Below, piece by piece: positions 32,314-41,463 of a stretch of 55,575 nt of DNA. This DNA comes from a virus: the IMG/VR virus record IMGVR_UViG_3300001765_000143. One strand, written 5' to 3'. Position 1 is the first letter of the stretch; each line of letters starts with the position of its first letter. A model generated the notes under the pieces. It made no database searches. It was not told where the DNA came from and saw nothing but the letters and a program-made list of their open reading frames with translations. The position numbers and the translations under genes were made by a program.

Positions 32314-33857
32314 AAGCAGCTGTTTTACAGTTTAATAAACCAAAATCATCTCGGTTGTATTATATCGATAAAAAGACTAATAGAAAAAAAAGAATAACCG
32401 ATAATATTCAAAGAGATTTGCAGTGTATATTAAGAGCTACCGATCGTACAAAAAATATTCCATTAAAGGTTAGAAACTTATTAATAAACCTACTTGAAAT
32501 GATCTTGAGGAGTTCTCATAAAGAGATATTTGTGGATCATAAATTCCTCTCACAACTTACTGAGGTTAAATCAAGCAAACAAAACGCAAACTTATTAGCA
32601 CAAATAAACGACATTCTGGATTCCACTTATCATAACTGTATTAATTTTCATGGTGAAAGAAGAACATATGGATATGTGGTAAAATTAACTGAAGATGGAT
32701 ATGAAAGAGCAAAAAATCCTGTAGCTTTTTATACGAATCAGGTGGAAAAAAATGTCGTTTCGGATGGAAAAAAATTTCTACCCGAGTCGAAAAAAATTTC
32801 TACCTCATATATAAGTAATAAAGAAAACCCAATAGAAGAAGTAAGCTCTAGCTACGCTAGAGAGCTTACTTCTAAAAAAGAAAAAATATATAAAAAAGAA
32901 AAAGCCACAGAGCTAAATCACACAACTTGCTCGAATGCTATCCTTGCGGAGCATTCGCAAGTTGTTACTACCAAACCAAGCCAACCAGTCACAGATTGTG
33001 ATCACTCACACAAACCAAAACTCCTAACTGCATCAGAAGAAAAATCCATACACCTTGAGCGTATACACCGAACCGATGAAAACACAGGAATGTCAAGTTT
33101 TGCTCAGTTGATGAGCAAAGTCCTAAACGAACCTGAACCACCAATAACACAAGAGGAAATACCAGCTATGAAACAAGAAAAACCGAGCCTAATCCCTGAT
33201 AAGGAAACTAGGAAAATGTTGCTCTCAAAGGCTATCTTCGATGCCTTTGGAGCAACTGCTAATGAAATACAAGATAACTGCAAGTTTGAAGAATTAGAGC
33301 CTGACAAAGTCGGTATAAAGCTTGGTCTAGGAGTATCTTTCAACGACATTGAAAAGGCTAAAATACGAAAGTGCATCAAATCGGTTTATGGCGAAGAGGT
33401 TAAGATCCTAGCCGCACAAGATAGCCCTTACGTTAGCAACGAGCCTGTGATAAGTCAAAGCGGTTTGGCAAGGAGTGAGGTTTTGGAAACTCCTTCGCAA
33501 AATAACTCGCAGTGGCTTAGTTTTAAAGCGAATGTAGGAGATCTAAAAGTCCGTCAGATACTAAATAATCCAACGCTAAAGGTTATTGAAATACCTGGAA
33601 AAGTAATCATTGAAGGCCATTCTTTTTTACTCGATGAGATGTTTTCTTCAGGGTATCTACAAGAGCTAGAAGATGCTGTTGTTGAAACTGGACTAATGCT
33701 TGAATTCCACGAAAAAATTACTGCAAGTGGTTATATTGCTGAAGACAAAAAACCGACAGTTTTGACTAAGGAAAAAATTCTAAAAGATCGTCAGTGGAAG
33801 GAAAATGCTACAAATGATTTAGACGATTTAATTAAGGAATTAAAGGGAAAAAGATGA
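32310..33857 (+). CDS. Replication initiator candidate (contains internal iterons; coupled to the helicase)
   Basis: 515 aa, ATGA overlap with the SF2 helicase gene; 22-bp-phased A-tract repeats at 32745-32810. No motif-level family match was recognised. Confidence 0.4.
   Translation: MKAAVLQFNKPKSSRLYYIDKKTNRKKRITDNIQRDLQCILRATDRTKNIPLKVRNLLINLLEMILRSSHKEIFVDHKFLSQLTEVKSSKQNANLLAQINDILDSTYHNCINFHGERRTYGYVVKLTEDGYERAKNPVAFYTNQVEKNVVSDGKKFLPESKKISTSYISNKENPIEEVSSSYARELTSKKEKIYKKEKATELNHTTCSNAILAEHSQVVTTKPSQPVTDCDHSHKPKLLTASEEKSIHLERIHRTDENTGMSSFAQLMSKVLNEPEPPITQEEIPAMKQEKPSLIPDKETRKMLLSKAIFDAFGATANEIQDNCKFEELEPDKVGIKLGLGVSFNDIEKAKIRKCIKSVYGEEVKILAAQDSPYVSNEPVISQSGLARSEVLETPSQNNSQWLSFKANVGDLKVRQILNNPTLKVIEIPGKVIIEGHSFLLDEMFSSGYLQELEDAVVETGLMLEFHEKITASGYIAEDKKPTVLTKEKILKDRQWKENATNDLDDLIKELKGKR
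32745..32810 (+). repeat. Three 22-bp-phased direct repeats (GAAAAAAAT...), candidate origin iterons
   Basis: gaaaaaaatgtcgtttcggatg / gaaaaaaatttctacccgagtc / gaaaaaaatttctacctcatat. Confidence 0.5.
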
Positions 33858-35512
33858 TCTTACTACGTGAACGTCAAAAGGAATTTGTTGATAGAAGTGT
33901 AGTAGCGTTAATGTCTAAGGGTAATACGCTCGGCATTGCTCCTACTGGAGCAGGCAAAACTATTATGCTATCAGCTGTAATCGGTGAACTTGAAAAACAG
34001 ATACCAAATTTTAAAGCATGTGTGCTAGCTCATCGTAAGGAACTAACAGAGCAAAATATCGACAAATTCGCTAAGATTAATTCTTGCCTCACAACCTCGA
34101 TATTTAATGCCGAGATAAAAAGCTGGGACGGGCAGGTAGTATTTGCGATGGTACAAACGCTTTCGAATAAAAAGCCATTAAAAACAATTCCCCACCTAGA
34201 CTTGTTAGTGATAGATGAAACCCATCACGCAACCGCTGAAAGCTATCAAAAAATTATCAAGAAAACACAGGAAGTTAATCCTAATGTTAAAATATTTGGG
34301 GTAACCGCAACACCACAGCGAGGCGATAAGAGTAGCTTAGGAAAAGTTTTTACCAATTGCAGTGATCAGATTTTCTTAAGCGAGCTAATCGATAGCGGTC
34401 ATCTAGTTAGGCCGATTACTTATTCGGTAGATGTTGCTCAAGAAAAATTAATGGCTTTAAAAAGGAAAAATACTGGAGATTATAACGAAAGCGAAGTAGC
34501 CGATATTTTAGATCAACCTGTTATTGTTGACGAAGTTATAAGGAATTGGCAAGAAAAAGCATGTGATAGAAAGACAGTGGTGTTTTGTTCGACTATAAAG
34601 CATGCCGAGCATGTTATGGTAGCTTTTAGAGGGCGTGGAATAAGAGCTGATCTGGTTACTAGCGAGCTTACAAAAGAAACGAGAGAATTTGTATTAAATC
34701 AACTTACTTGCGGTGAAATCCAAGTATTGATAAACGTAGCAATTCTAACTGAAGGTTGGGACTATCCGCCTATATCTTGCGTGGTATTACTGCGTCAATC
34801 ATCTTACAAATCAACAATGATTCAAATGATAGGTAGAGGGCTTAGGACTATTGACCCTGCAATTTGTCCAGAAATTATCAAGCAAGATTGCATAGTACTA
34901 GATTTTGGTATCTCAACAATTCTGCATGGTTCGTTAGAGCAAGACGTAGATTTAGAAATCGAAAAAACTAAAAAACTAAAAAAAGAGGGAAAAAAGAAAA
35001 ATTGCAAAGCGTGCGATAAAGAAATTCCTTTACGTACTGTGGAATGTCCTTTTTGCGGTTATCGACATGAAGCAGAAATTGAAGAAGATGCACGTAAGGT
35101 TGATGTTCTACTTATCGATATGTTCAAAAAATCAGAACTTCCATGGGTTAAAATAAATGAACATAGTTTCTATTCTTCTATTTTTAGCTTTTGGTGTTTT
35201 TTAACTAAAAAAGACAATGAATGGATACTTAGCGTGGGTAAAAATAGTAAAGAAGATATAGAAACGGATATTATTTACAGAGGTGATAACTTCAAGAAGG
35301 CAATTAATATCGGTAATTTATTTATGAAACGAAACGAAGGCTTATTCAGAATTCAAAAAAATGTTGAGATGCAAGAGCAACCTGCTACAGAAAAGCAACT
35401 TAAATACTTACCAAAAAAGTATGGCTGTTTATCAAAAGGCCAAGCATCAATTGTTTTATCTTTTGAATTTAATGCAAAAAGGGAGTTACGAGCTATTGGG
35501 CTTGTAGCGTAA
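33854..35512 (+). CDS. SF2 DEAD/DEAH-box (ResIII-type) DNA helicase with C-terminal zinc ribbon
   Basis: Walker A APTGAGKT, motif II DETHH, VTATP, ILTEGWDYP, QMIGRGLR, CKACDKEIPLRTVECPFCGY. Confidence 0.85.
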   Translation: MILLRERQKEFVDRSVVALMSKGNTLGIAPTGAGKTIMLSAVIGELEKQIPNFKACVLAHRKELTEQNIDKFAKINSCLTTSIFNAEIKSWDGQVVFAMVQTLSNKKPLKTIPHLDLLVIDETHHATAESYQKIIKKTQEVNPNVKIFGVTATPQRGDKSSLGKVFTNCSDQIFLSELIDSGHLVRPITYSVDVAQEKLMALKRKNTGDYNESEVADILDQPVIVDEVIRNWQEKACDRKTVVFCSTIKHAEHVMVAFRGRGIRADLVTSELTKETREFVLNQLTCGEIQVLINVAILTEGWDYPPISCVVLLRQSSYKSTMIQMIGRGLRTIDPAICPEIIKQDCIVLDFGISTILHGSLEQDVDLEIEKTKKLKKEGKKKNCKACDKEIPLRTVECPFCGYRHEAEIEEDARKVDVLLIDMFKKSELPWVKINEHSFYSSIFSFWCFLTKKDNEWILSVGKNSKEDIETDIIYRGDNFKKAINIGNLFMKRNEGLFRIQKNVEMQEQPATEKQLKYLPKKYGCLSKGQASIVLSFEFNAKRELRAIGLVA

Positions 35513-35542
35513 TTAAAAATTTAACAATAAGGAGAAATTAAC

Positions 35543-36130
35543 ATGAAAAATCAAAAATGGACTAATTTTAACGATGCAGAGGATCAAATGTCTTACGCAC
35601 TAATACCGCATAAAACTATAGCAAAAGTAAGAATAATCGTAAAAAGAGGAGGTTATGTTACGGAAGTATGGGATGATGGTTATGCAACAAAAAGTAAGTC
35701 TAGCGATAGCGTATATCTTGCTTGTGAATTTATCGTTATCGGAGGTGAATATGACAATAGGAAAGTTTGGAGTAACATCGGCTTACATAGTGATAATTCT
35801 GAAAAATATGCAGATATTGGTAGAAGTACTATCAAAGCTATTCTAAACTCTGCAAATAATTTAGATCCTAAGGATAAATCACCGCAAGCGGTAGCAGTGA
35901 GAAGTATTAAAGACTTTGGTGATCTTAACGACCTTGAAGTAGTAGCCGAGATAACAATTAACGATAAAGGCAAAGATCCTAAAAATGAGATTAAGACGAT
36001 TATCACACCTGGTCATCCTAAGTACGAGGAATATATGGATGTTAAAAACGGCAAGCACAAAATTGACTACAAAGGAGCGATAGCTAATCAAAATACTGCT
36101 GAAGTTTTTAACGATGAAGTGCCATTTTGA
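35543..36130 (+). CDS. DUF669-like protein (possible ssDNA-binding/recombination accessory)
   Basis: Pattern IPHKTIAKVRI...SVYLACEFIVIGGEYDNRKVWSNIGLH...DLNDLEVVAEITIND; strong SD aaggag. Confidence 0.5.
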   Translation: MKNQKWTNFNDAEDQMSYALIPHKTIAKVRIIVKRGGYVTEVWDDGYATKSKSSDSVYLACEFIVIGGEYDNRKVWSNIGLHSDNSEKYADIGRSTIKAILNSANNLDPKDKSPQAVAVRSIKDFGDLNDLEVVAEITINDKGKDPKNEIKTIITPGHPKYEEYMDVKNGKHKIDYKGAIANQNTAEVFNDEVPF

Positions 36131-36156
36131 AGAGAAAAATAATTAGGTAAAATATA

Positions 36157-36429
36157 ATGGAAATAACAATAAATTCAAACGAGTTAAAAGCGATGACAGA
36201 CATAATTAATACTAGCGATCTAAAAAATACTATCGAAAAGTTAGAGAGATTAGAACAAGAAAAGAGCGATCATCTAGAAATAATAAAAGATAGTTATGCC
36301 GAGGCTAAGTCTAAAGGATTTTGCACTAAGACCTTAAAACAAGTGCTAAAACTTCGTAAAAAAGACAAAAGTAAAATCGAAGAAGAAGATGCTTTGTTAG
36401 AGCTATACAGAGGGGCATTAGAGATATAA
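36157..36429 (+). CDS. gapR: GapR-like (DUF2312) nucleoid-associated DNA-binding protein
   Basis: IEKLERLEQEKSDHLEIIKDSYAEAKSKGFCTKTLKQVLKLRKKDKSKIEEEDALLELY matches the DUF2312 signature. Confidence 0.8.
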   Translation: MEITINSNELKAMTDIINTSDLKNTIEKLERLEQEKSDHLEIIKDSYAEAKSKGFCTKTLKQVLKLRKKDKSKIEEEDALLELYRGALEI

Positions 36430-36430
36430 A

Positions 36431-36841
36431 ATGAACATTATAGAAGCTGCAAAATTAATGAAACAAGGTTATAAGGTAAGGTTGGGGCGTTGGTGTGAAA
36501 ATCAATATCTTTATAACCACTTAGATATAATAAGAGATGAAAGAGATGAGGAACATGAATTGTCTTTATGCGAAGTGTTAGACCAGGATTGGGAAGTATA
36601 CGAAAAATCAGTAGAGCTATTTACATTTGAGCAGGCTTTAACAGCTCTTAAGAATGGTAAAAAGATAAGAAGGCAATCGTCTATTTCTGAGTATCATCTT
36701 GATAAGGCGTCTAGTAGAATCCTTGAGATATATGATGTTGAGGTACATAACGGTGAAGCATGGTGGGGTGAGTCATTTTCTGATGAAGAAGTATTAGCAA
36801 ACGACTGGATAATTGAGCTAAATTATGAAAAACAGAAATAG
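36431..36841 (+). CDS. Tandem DUF2829-like (Thoeris anti-defence Tad2-like) protein, full-length paralogue
   Basis: Two half-repeats: MNIIEAAKLMKQGYKVRLGRW...DQDWEVY and FTFEQALTALKNGKKIRRQS...EEVLANDWIIE. Confidence 0.55.
   Translation: MNIIEAAKLMKQGYKVRLGRWCENQYLYNHLDIIRDERDEEHELSLCEVLDQDWEVYEKSVELFTFEQALTALKNGKKIRRQSSISEYHLDKASSRILEIYDVEVHNGEAWWGESFSDEEVLANDWIIELNYEKQK
36626..36814 (+). repeat. Arm B of the near-identical inverted repeat (partner 21170-21350)
   Basis: See arm A; this arm carries the extra 8 nt ccttgaga. Confidence 0.9.
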
Positions 36842-37142
36842 TAAAAAATCATACGAATTTGAGGCTAACATTATGAAAAAAGAAAGAATATTAGAATTGC
36901 GTAGTTTATTTTTAAAAGAACTTGAAAATGATTTTGAACGTATACTTAATTATTATATAGAGTGGATTGATCGAGACCCTGAGAAATTCTTTAGAGAGTA
37001 TTGGGAATCTATGAATTCTATTGCTAAATGCAAACGAGTTAGAATGATTCCCCTAACCATGCCTTTATACAAACGTGATTTTACAGATGAAGATATAAAA
37101 GGATTTGAAAAAGATAGAACAAAAACAGGTAAAATAAAATGA
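36825..37142 (+). CDS. Hypothetical protein
   Basis: 105-aa ORF; alternative ATG at 36873 (MKKERILEL). Confidence 0.45.
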   Translation: MKNRNSKKSYEFEANIMKKERILELRSLFLKELENDFERILNYYIEWIDRDPEKFFREYWESMNSIAKCKRVRMIPLTMPLYKRDFTDEDIKGFEKDRTKTGKIK

Positions 37143-37339
37143 CGATACAAGCAATGATAAACCAGCTATTAGCCGCATACGTAGCAGCTGGAAATTCAGT
37201 TAACTTAGCAAAATTACTAGGGAACGGTTTTATGCCCGATAGTAACATAGATCTTATAACGCAAGCAGCTGGGATAGGAGCAACAGGGGATGGTAGAGAT
37301 GATGTTTTAAGCGTGTTAATTCAGTATGGAGTGCAATGA
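37139..37339 (+). CDS. Hypothetical protein
   Basis: 66-aa ORF, ATGA overlap. Confidence 0.4.
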   Translation: MTIQAMINQLLAAYVAAGNSVNLAKLLGNGFMPDSNIDLITQAAGIGATGDGRDDVLSVLIQYGVQ

Positions 37340-37383
37340 TGCTTGTAATGATGGTGTGTGTTATTTTATTAATAAGTCTTTTA

Positions 37384-37392
37384 TGTTATAAT
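37384..37392 (+). promoter_or_regulatory. Extended -10 element TGtTATAAT ahead of the packaging genes (candidate late promoter)
   Basis: tg at 37384-37385, tataat at 37387-37392; weak -35. Confidence 0.3.
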
Positions 37393-37447
37393 ATTAGATA
37401 AATAATATATAAATAACTATTAATAATAGATATTAATTGATAAATCT

Positions 37448-37882
37448 ATGACAAAAACAAAAAGCCATCTTTTTCAAAAAGGTAGTGTCGCTAATCCCAA
37501 GGGGAGACCTAAAGGAACAGTTAGCGAATACAAAAAGAAATTCATGGAGATACAGAAGTTAGCGGCTAATGATGCATGCGCTGTATATAATGAAATTCGA
37601 GAAAAGATGCTAATGGGTGAATCATGGGCTTATCAATTATATGTTAAGGACTTTATTCCTAAAAGAGCGTTTGAACCGACTATCTTAGTTGAGATCGAGA
37701 AAGGTAAGAATAGGGGGGATTCAGTTATAGAAGCATTGCCACAGTTTGTAGAGCTTACGCATGATGAAGCAATGAACGAGATTAGGACATTGAAAGGCCT
37801 TGATCCAGAAGCTAACGCAGGACTAAGTAGCATAAAAATTACACATAGCATAAAGCGCAATGAAAACGAGATGAAATGTTAA
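37448..37882 (+). CDS. terS: Terminase small subunit candidate (DUF5681-like)
   Basis: FQKGSVANPKGRPKGT motif; position directly upstream of and overlapping terL. Confidence 0.55.
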   Translation: MTKTKSHLFQKGSVANPKGRPKGTVSEYKKKFMEIQKLAANDACAVYNEIREKMLMGESWAYQLYVKDFIPKRAFEPTILVEIEKGKNRGDSVIEALPQFVELTHDEAMNEIRTLKGLDPEANAGLSSIKITHSIKRNENEMKC

Positions 37883-39174
37883 CAAACGAGCATGAACTTG
37901 ATATCCAAATGCCCGAATGGATTTATCCTATTTATGAAAGACATTATGCTTTCATAGTAGGATATGGTGGTAGAGGCGGTGCAAAATCTTTCTCTATTGC
38001 CGATTATTTGATATCGCAGAGTTTTGACCGCTCTAACTCTAATTGTTATTTCTTATGTGCAAGAGAGATACAATCTTCTTTGTTAGCTAGTGTATATTCA
38101 GTTATAGATATGCAAATTAGAGACCTAGGAGTATCGAAATTCTTTAGCATTACAAAACAAGGGATAACTAATAAAGTTACTGGCGTTAAAATTATTTTTC
38201 GTGGTTTATGGAAAGACCCTGATGCTATCAAAGGTATTCCTAACTTAAAAATTATATGGGTGGATGAGGCGTCTAGTATTTCTAAAAGGAGTTGGAATAT
38301 TTTACCTCCTACGGCAACTAGAAATAAAGGATGTCAGATTATTGTTACATTCAATCCTGATTTTAAAACAGATATTGTTTACGATGAGTTTATTACAAAC
38401 AATAATAGAAAGAACACATTTGTAAAAAAAGTCTCGTACCTAGACAATCCATTTCCGTTGCCACAAGAATTTTACGATGAGTTAGAAGCTTTAAAAGAGC
38501 GTGACTATGAAGAGTATTTACATGTATATGAGGGTCATTGTATCTCTAATTCTCAAATCAAAATCTTCAAAAGAGGTACTTATTGGGATGTTTTAGATGA
38601 AAAAACTTACGTGGAGCATGATAACGTTGAGCTAAAGTTTGGTCTCGACTTAGGATTTACTCCAGCACACCCTACTTTTGGTGTACGTGAATATGTACAT
38701 GATGGTAGTTTATATGTAACGCATGAAATGGTAGAAACAGGACTTGATACCGATTTAATACCTGATTTTCTTATCAAACATTTACCGCAAGTAGAGCATC
38801 ATACTATTTGGGTGGATTCTTCAAGACCAGAGACCATATCAGCAATCAATCGTAAGTATGTTGATAGTATCAGACAATCACTTGATGCTAAAGGAGTTGA
38901 GAAAGGACCAGGTTCTGTTGAAGATGGAATAGAACATTTAAAGTCTTACAAGATGATATATATTCATCCTCGTTGTGAAAGGCTTATCGACAACTTTGAC
39001 AGATATTCTTTTAAAACAGACAGAAAGGGTAATATATTGCGAGATATTGAAAAAGCTAATGATGACGGAATAGATGCCCTGCGTTACGCAGAAGAACAAA
39101 CAATGAAAAACAAGTCTATCGATTATAGTAAATGGGATATGGCTGGTTTAGCAAGTATAGGGTTTAGAAGATGA
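37876..39174 (+). CDS. terL: Terminase large subunit (PBSX-type)
   Basis: Walker A GYGGRGGAKS, Walker B KIIWVDEA, C-terminal nuclease region with DDGIDALRY. Confidence 0.9.
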   Translation: MLTNEHELDIQMPEWIYPIYERHYAFIVGYGGRGGAKSFSIADYLISQSFDRSNSNCYFLCAREIQSSLLASVYSVIDMQIRDLGVSKFFSITKQGITNKVTGVKIIFRGLWKDPDAIKGIPNLKIIWVDEASSISKRSWNILPPTATRNKGCQIIVTFNPDFKTDIVYDEFITNNNRKNTFVKKVSYLDNPFPLPQEFYDELEALKERDYEEYLHVYEGHCISNSQIKIFKRGTYWDVLDEKTYVEHDNVELKFGLDLGFTPAHPTFGVREYVHDGSLYVTHEMVETGLDTDLIPDFLIKHLPQVEHHTIWVDSSRPETISAINRKYVDSIRQSLDAKGVEKGPGSVEDGIEHLKSYKMIYIHPRCERLIDNFDRYSFKTDRKGNILRDIEKANDDGIDALRYAEEQTMKNKSIDYSKWDMAGLASIGFRR

Positions 39175-40601
39175 AAACATTACAACAATTAGGAAATAAA
39201 ATCACTTCGGTTTTTAGAAGCGACAACTGGATCAATTCCTCCACGGGTCTTGGGTTATTAAGCGGAAGGGTAGGAAACACAAGAATTAAAGGCTCTACAT
39301 ATCTCTCTTATTCGGATTTAAGCGAGATGTATTACGGTAACGGTCTTGCTAAAAGGATTGTTAACTCTTTTGTAGATGATGCCTTGCGCAATAATTTCTT
39401 AGTATGTGGTAACGATAAAGTAAAAGATGCATTTAAAAAGTTAGCTTTACCAAAAGTAATTAAAGAAGCATGTTATTTTAGTAGATTATACGGAGGCTCA
39501 ATCATAGTGGCTTTTTTAGATGATGGACTAGACTTAAAAGAGCCTGTTTCTGATACTAGGATAAATAAGATAATTAGCTTTAGAGTGTTCGATAAAAGTC
39601 AAATATCTTGGCAAGAGGCTGATCTTAACAGAGATTTTTTAAGCCCCAATTTCGCTTTACCTGAGTTTTACACTATTACATCATTTAAAAATTCTGCTGA
39701 TACTTCGATACTTAAGATACACGCCTCAAGATGTAAAGTACTTGATGGGATTACTACAAGTCATTTAAAAAGAAGAACAAATTTAGGATGGGGAGATTCT
39801 GTATTACAAGCGTGTTATGACTCTTTAAGATACTACGGTATAGTTGCTGAGAATTCATCAGAAATAATCAATGATTTTATACAAGTTATTATTAAAATGA
39901 ATGGTTTGGCGCATCAAATAATAAAAGAAGGTGGTAAGGAAGCAGTTGCCGCACGTATGGATGCTATAGATGTATCGAGATCAAATTCAAATTTAATCTT
40001 TTTAGACGCAGAAAAAGAAGATTACGAGAAAAAATCTAGCTCAGTTGCAGGTCTGGCTGATTTATGGGATAGGTTCTCAGAATCTGTTTGCGCTGCTACG
40101 GGATACCCAGCTACTAGATTATTTGGTAGATCGCCAGGAGGGTTAAATTCAACTGGAGATAGCGATTTAAAAAACTATTATGATTTAGTTTCTGCTTACC
40201 GTAGCGATGAAATAGAGCCAATAATAAATTGGATTCTAAATTTCATAACTCATCAACAAGAATGGGACAGTGATAAAGATATTGAGTGGTCTTTTGCTTC
40301 TTTAGTTGAGCAAACACCGCTTGAAGATGCCAAATTAAAGAAATTATATGCCGAGATAGACTGGGGCTATATTGACAGAGGAGCAATAGACGCTGGTAAC
40401 ACTTGGCAAGAACGCTTTGGCAAAGGTGAATTTCAGGAGAATATACAATTGAAACAATTAGAGCGTGATGATGATTTTACCGACCAAGAAGAGCTAGGAA
40501 TTATAAATGATCTTAAAAAGGAAGAGATGAAGATAAAGGAAGAGTCTAATACAGAGCGGAAAGCAAAAAAGGTGCTAGATAGCGTATTTAATAGTTTATA
40601 A
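39171..40601 (+). CDS. Portal protein (DUF1073-like)
   Basis: 476 aa, ATGA overlap with terL; N-terminal SDNWINSSTGLGLLSGR...LSEMYYGNGLAKRIVNSFVDDALRN. Confidence 0.8.
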   Translation: MKTLQQLGNKITSVFRSDNWINSSTGLGLLSGRVGNTRIKGSTYLSYSDLSEMYYGNGLAKRIVNSFVDDALRNNFLVCGNDKVKDAFKKLALPKVIKEACYFSRLYGGSIIVAFLDDGLDLKEPVSDTRINKIISFRVFDKSQISWQEADLNRDFLSPNFALPEFYTITSFKNSADTSILKIHASRCKVLDGITTSHLKRRTNLGWGDSVLQACYDSLRYYGIVAENSSEIINDFIQVIIKMNGLAHQIIKEGGKEAVAARMDAIDVSRSNSNLIFLDAEKEDYEKKSSSVAGLADLWDRFSESVCAATGYPATRLFGRSPGGLNSTGDSDLKNYYDLVSAYRSDEIEPIINWILNFITHQQEWDSDKDIEWSFASLVEQTPLEDAKLKKLYAEIDWGYIDRGAIDAGNTWQERFGKGEFQENIQLKQLERDDDFTDQEELGIINDLKKEEMKIKEESNTERKAKKVLDSVFNSL

Positions 40602-40617
40602 AAACAGTCTCTTTAAA

Positions 40618-41463
40618 ATGCAAACACAAGATAATTACATCACTCTTATTGCCACAATATCAAAACTTGCAGATAAGTTACAAGAACAGCAATACATCTC
40701 TTCGCTGCAAGTAAATGATGAGGACATAACTTTTATTTACAATGATGGGTTTAAGCAAAAATTCTCTTTTCCTCAAAACAATAATACCGACACTTTTGAC
40801 TCAAATCTTATTCTTGAAGAGCTAAAGAGAATCTTTAATAAGATTCTTGAAGCTAAATTCACGGAAATTCTGCAAAATTTACAGGATCATCTATCAAAAG
40901 AACTAAAGACATCAATGCCAGTTTCTAAAGCAGGTATTGATGGAAAAGATGCCGATGAGCAGAAGATCATTAAAGAATTAGAAAAAACCATAGCAATAAA
41001 ATTAGAGGCTGGGCTTTTAGATATCAAGCAATCTATACCAGAGCCTATAATTCCAAAGGACGGTAAAGATGCGGATGAAGAAGCCATAACAAAGGCTTTA
41101 CGTTATTATATAAGGCAAGAGAGTGACAAAGTTAATACCGAGTTGTTTGCTAATATTAATGAGGTTATGAACTCAATCCCTATCCCAAAAGACGGAGAGA
41201 ATGGCAGGGATGGAAAAGATGCAGACGAAAAAGCTATAAAAGATGCCTTATTTTTAGAGTTAAGTAATCAAATAGCTATTTTTCAAACCTTGTTTGATAA
41301 CAAAATCACTGAAGGACTGCAAAGAATTATAGCATCCATCCCAGTTCCGAAAGATGGGGTTGACGGTCATGATGGTACAAGTGTTGATGATCAAGTAATT
41401 ATTGATGCAATTTGGTGTATTGCACGAAAAATCACAAGAGTTGATCAAACAAGAGTTACTTAA
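40618..41463 (+). CDS. Periodic-repeat virion-associated protein, N-terminal frame (split gene, continues in 41402-42619)
   Basis: Repeated IP.PKDG.DG.DADE units about every 45 aa; the frame ends 36 nt after an A5 run at 41427-41431. Confidence 0.6.
   Translation: MQTQDNYITLIATISKLADKLQEQQYISSLQVNDEDITFIYNDGFKQKFSFPQNNNTDTFDSNLILEELKRIFNKILEAKFTEILQNLQDHLSKELKTSMPVSKAGIDGKDADEQKIIKELEKTIAIKLEAGLLDIKQSIPEPIIPKDGKDADEEAITKALRYYIRQESDKVNTELFANINEVMNSIPIPKDGENGRDGKDADEKAIKDALFLELSNQIAIFQTLFDNKITEGLQRIIASIPVPKDGVDGHDGTSVDDQVIIDAIWCIARKITRVDQTRVT

Noticed and set aside
37338-37403. 21-codon hydrophobic ORF (MMLVMMVCVILLISLLCYNIR) between the early genes and terS
   Set aside because: It is very short, has no SD, and overlaps the candidate late promoter; probably fortuitous.
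41402-41463. Treating 41402-42619 as an independent gene starting at TTG/ATG 41402/41405
   Set aside because: There is no SD. The repeat periodicity continues across the frame break, and a single-A change at 41427-41431 fuses it to 40618-41463. It is interpreted as one split gene.
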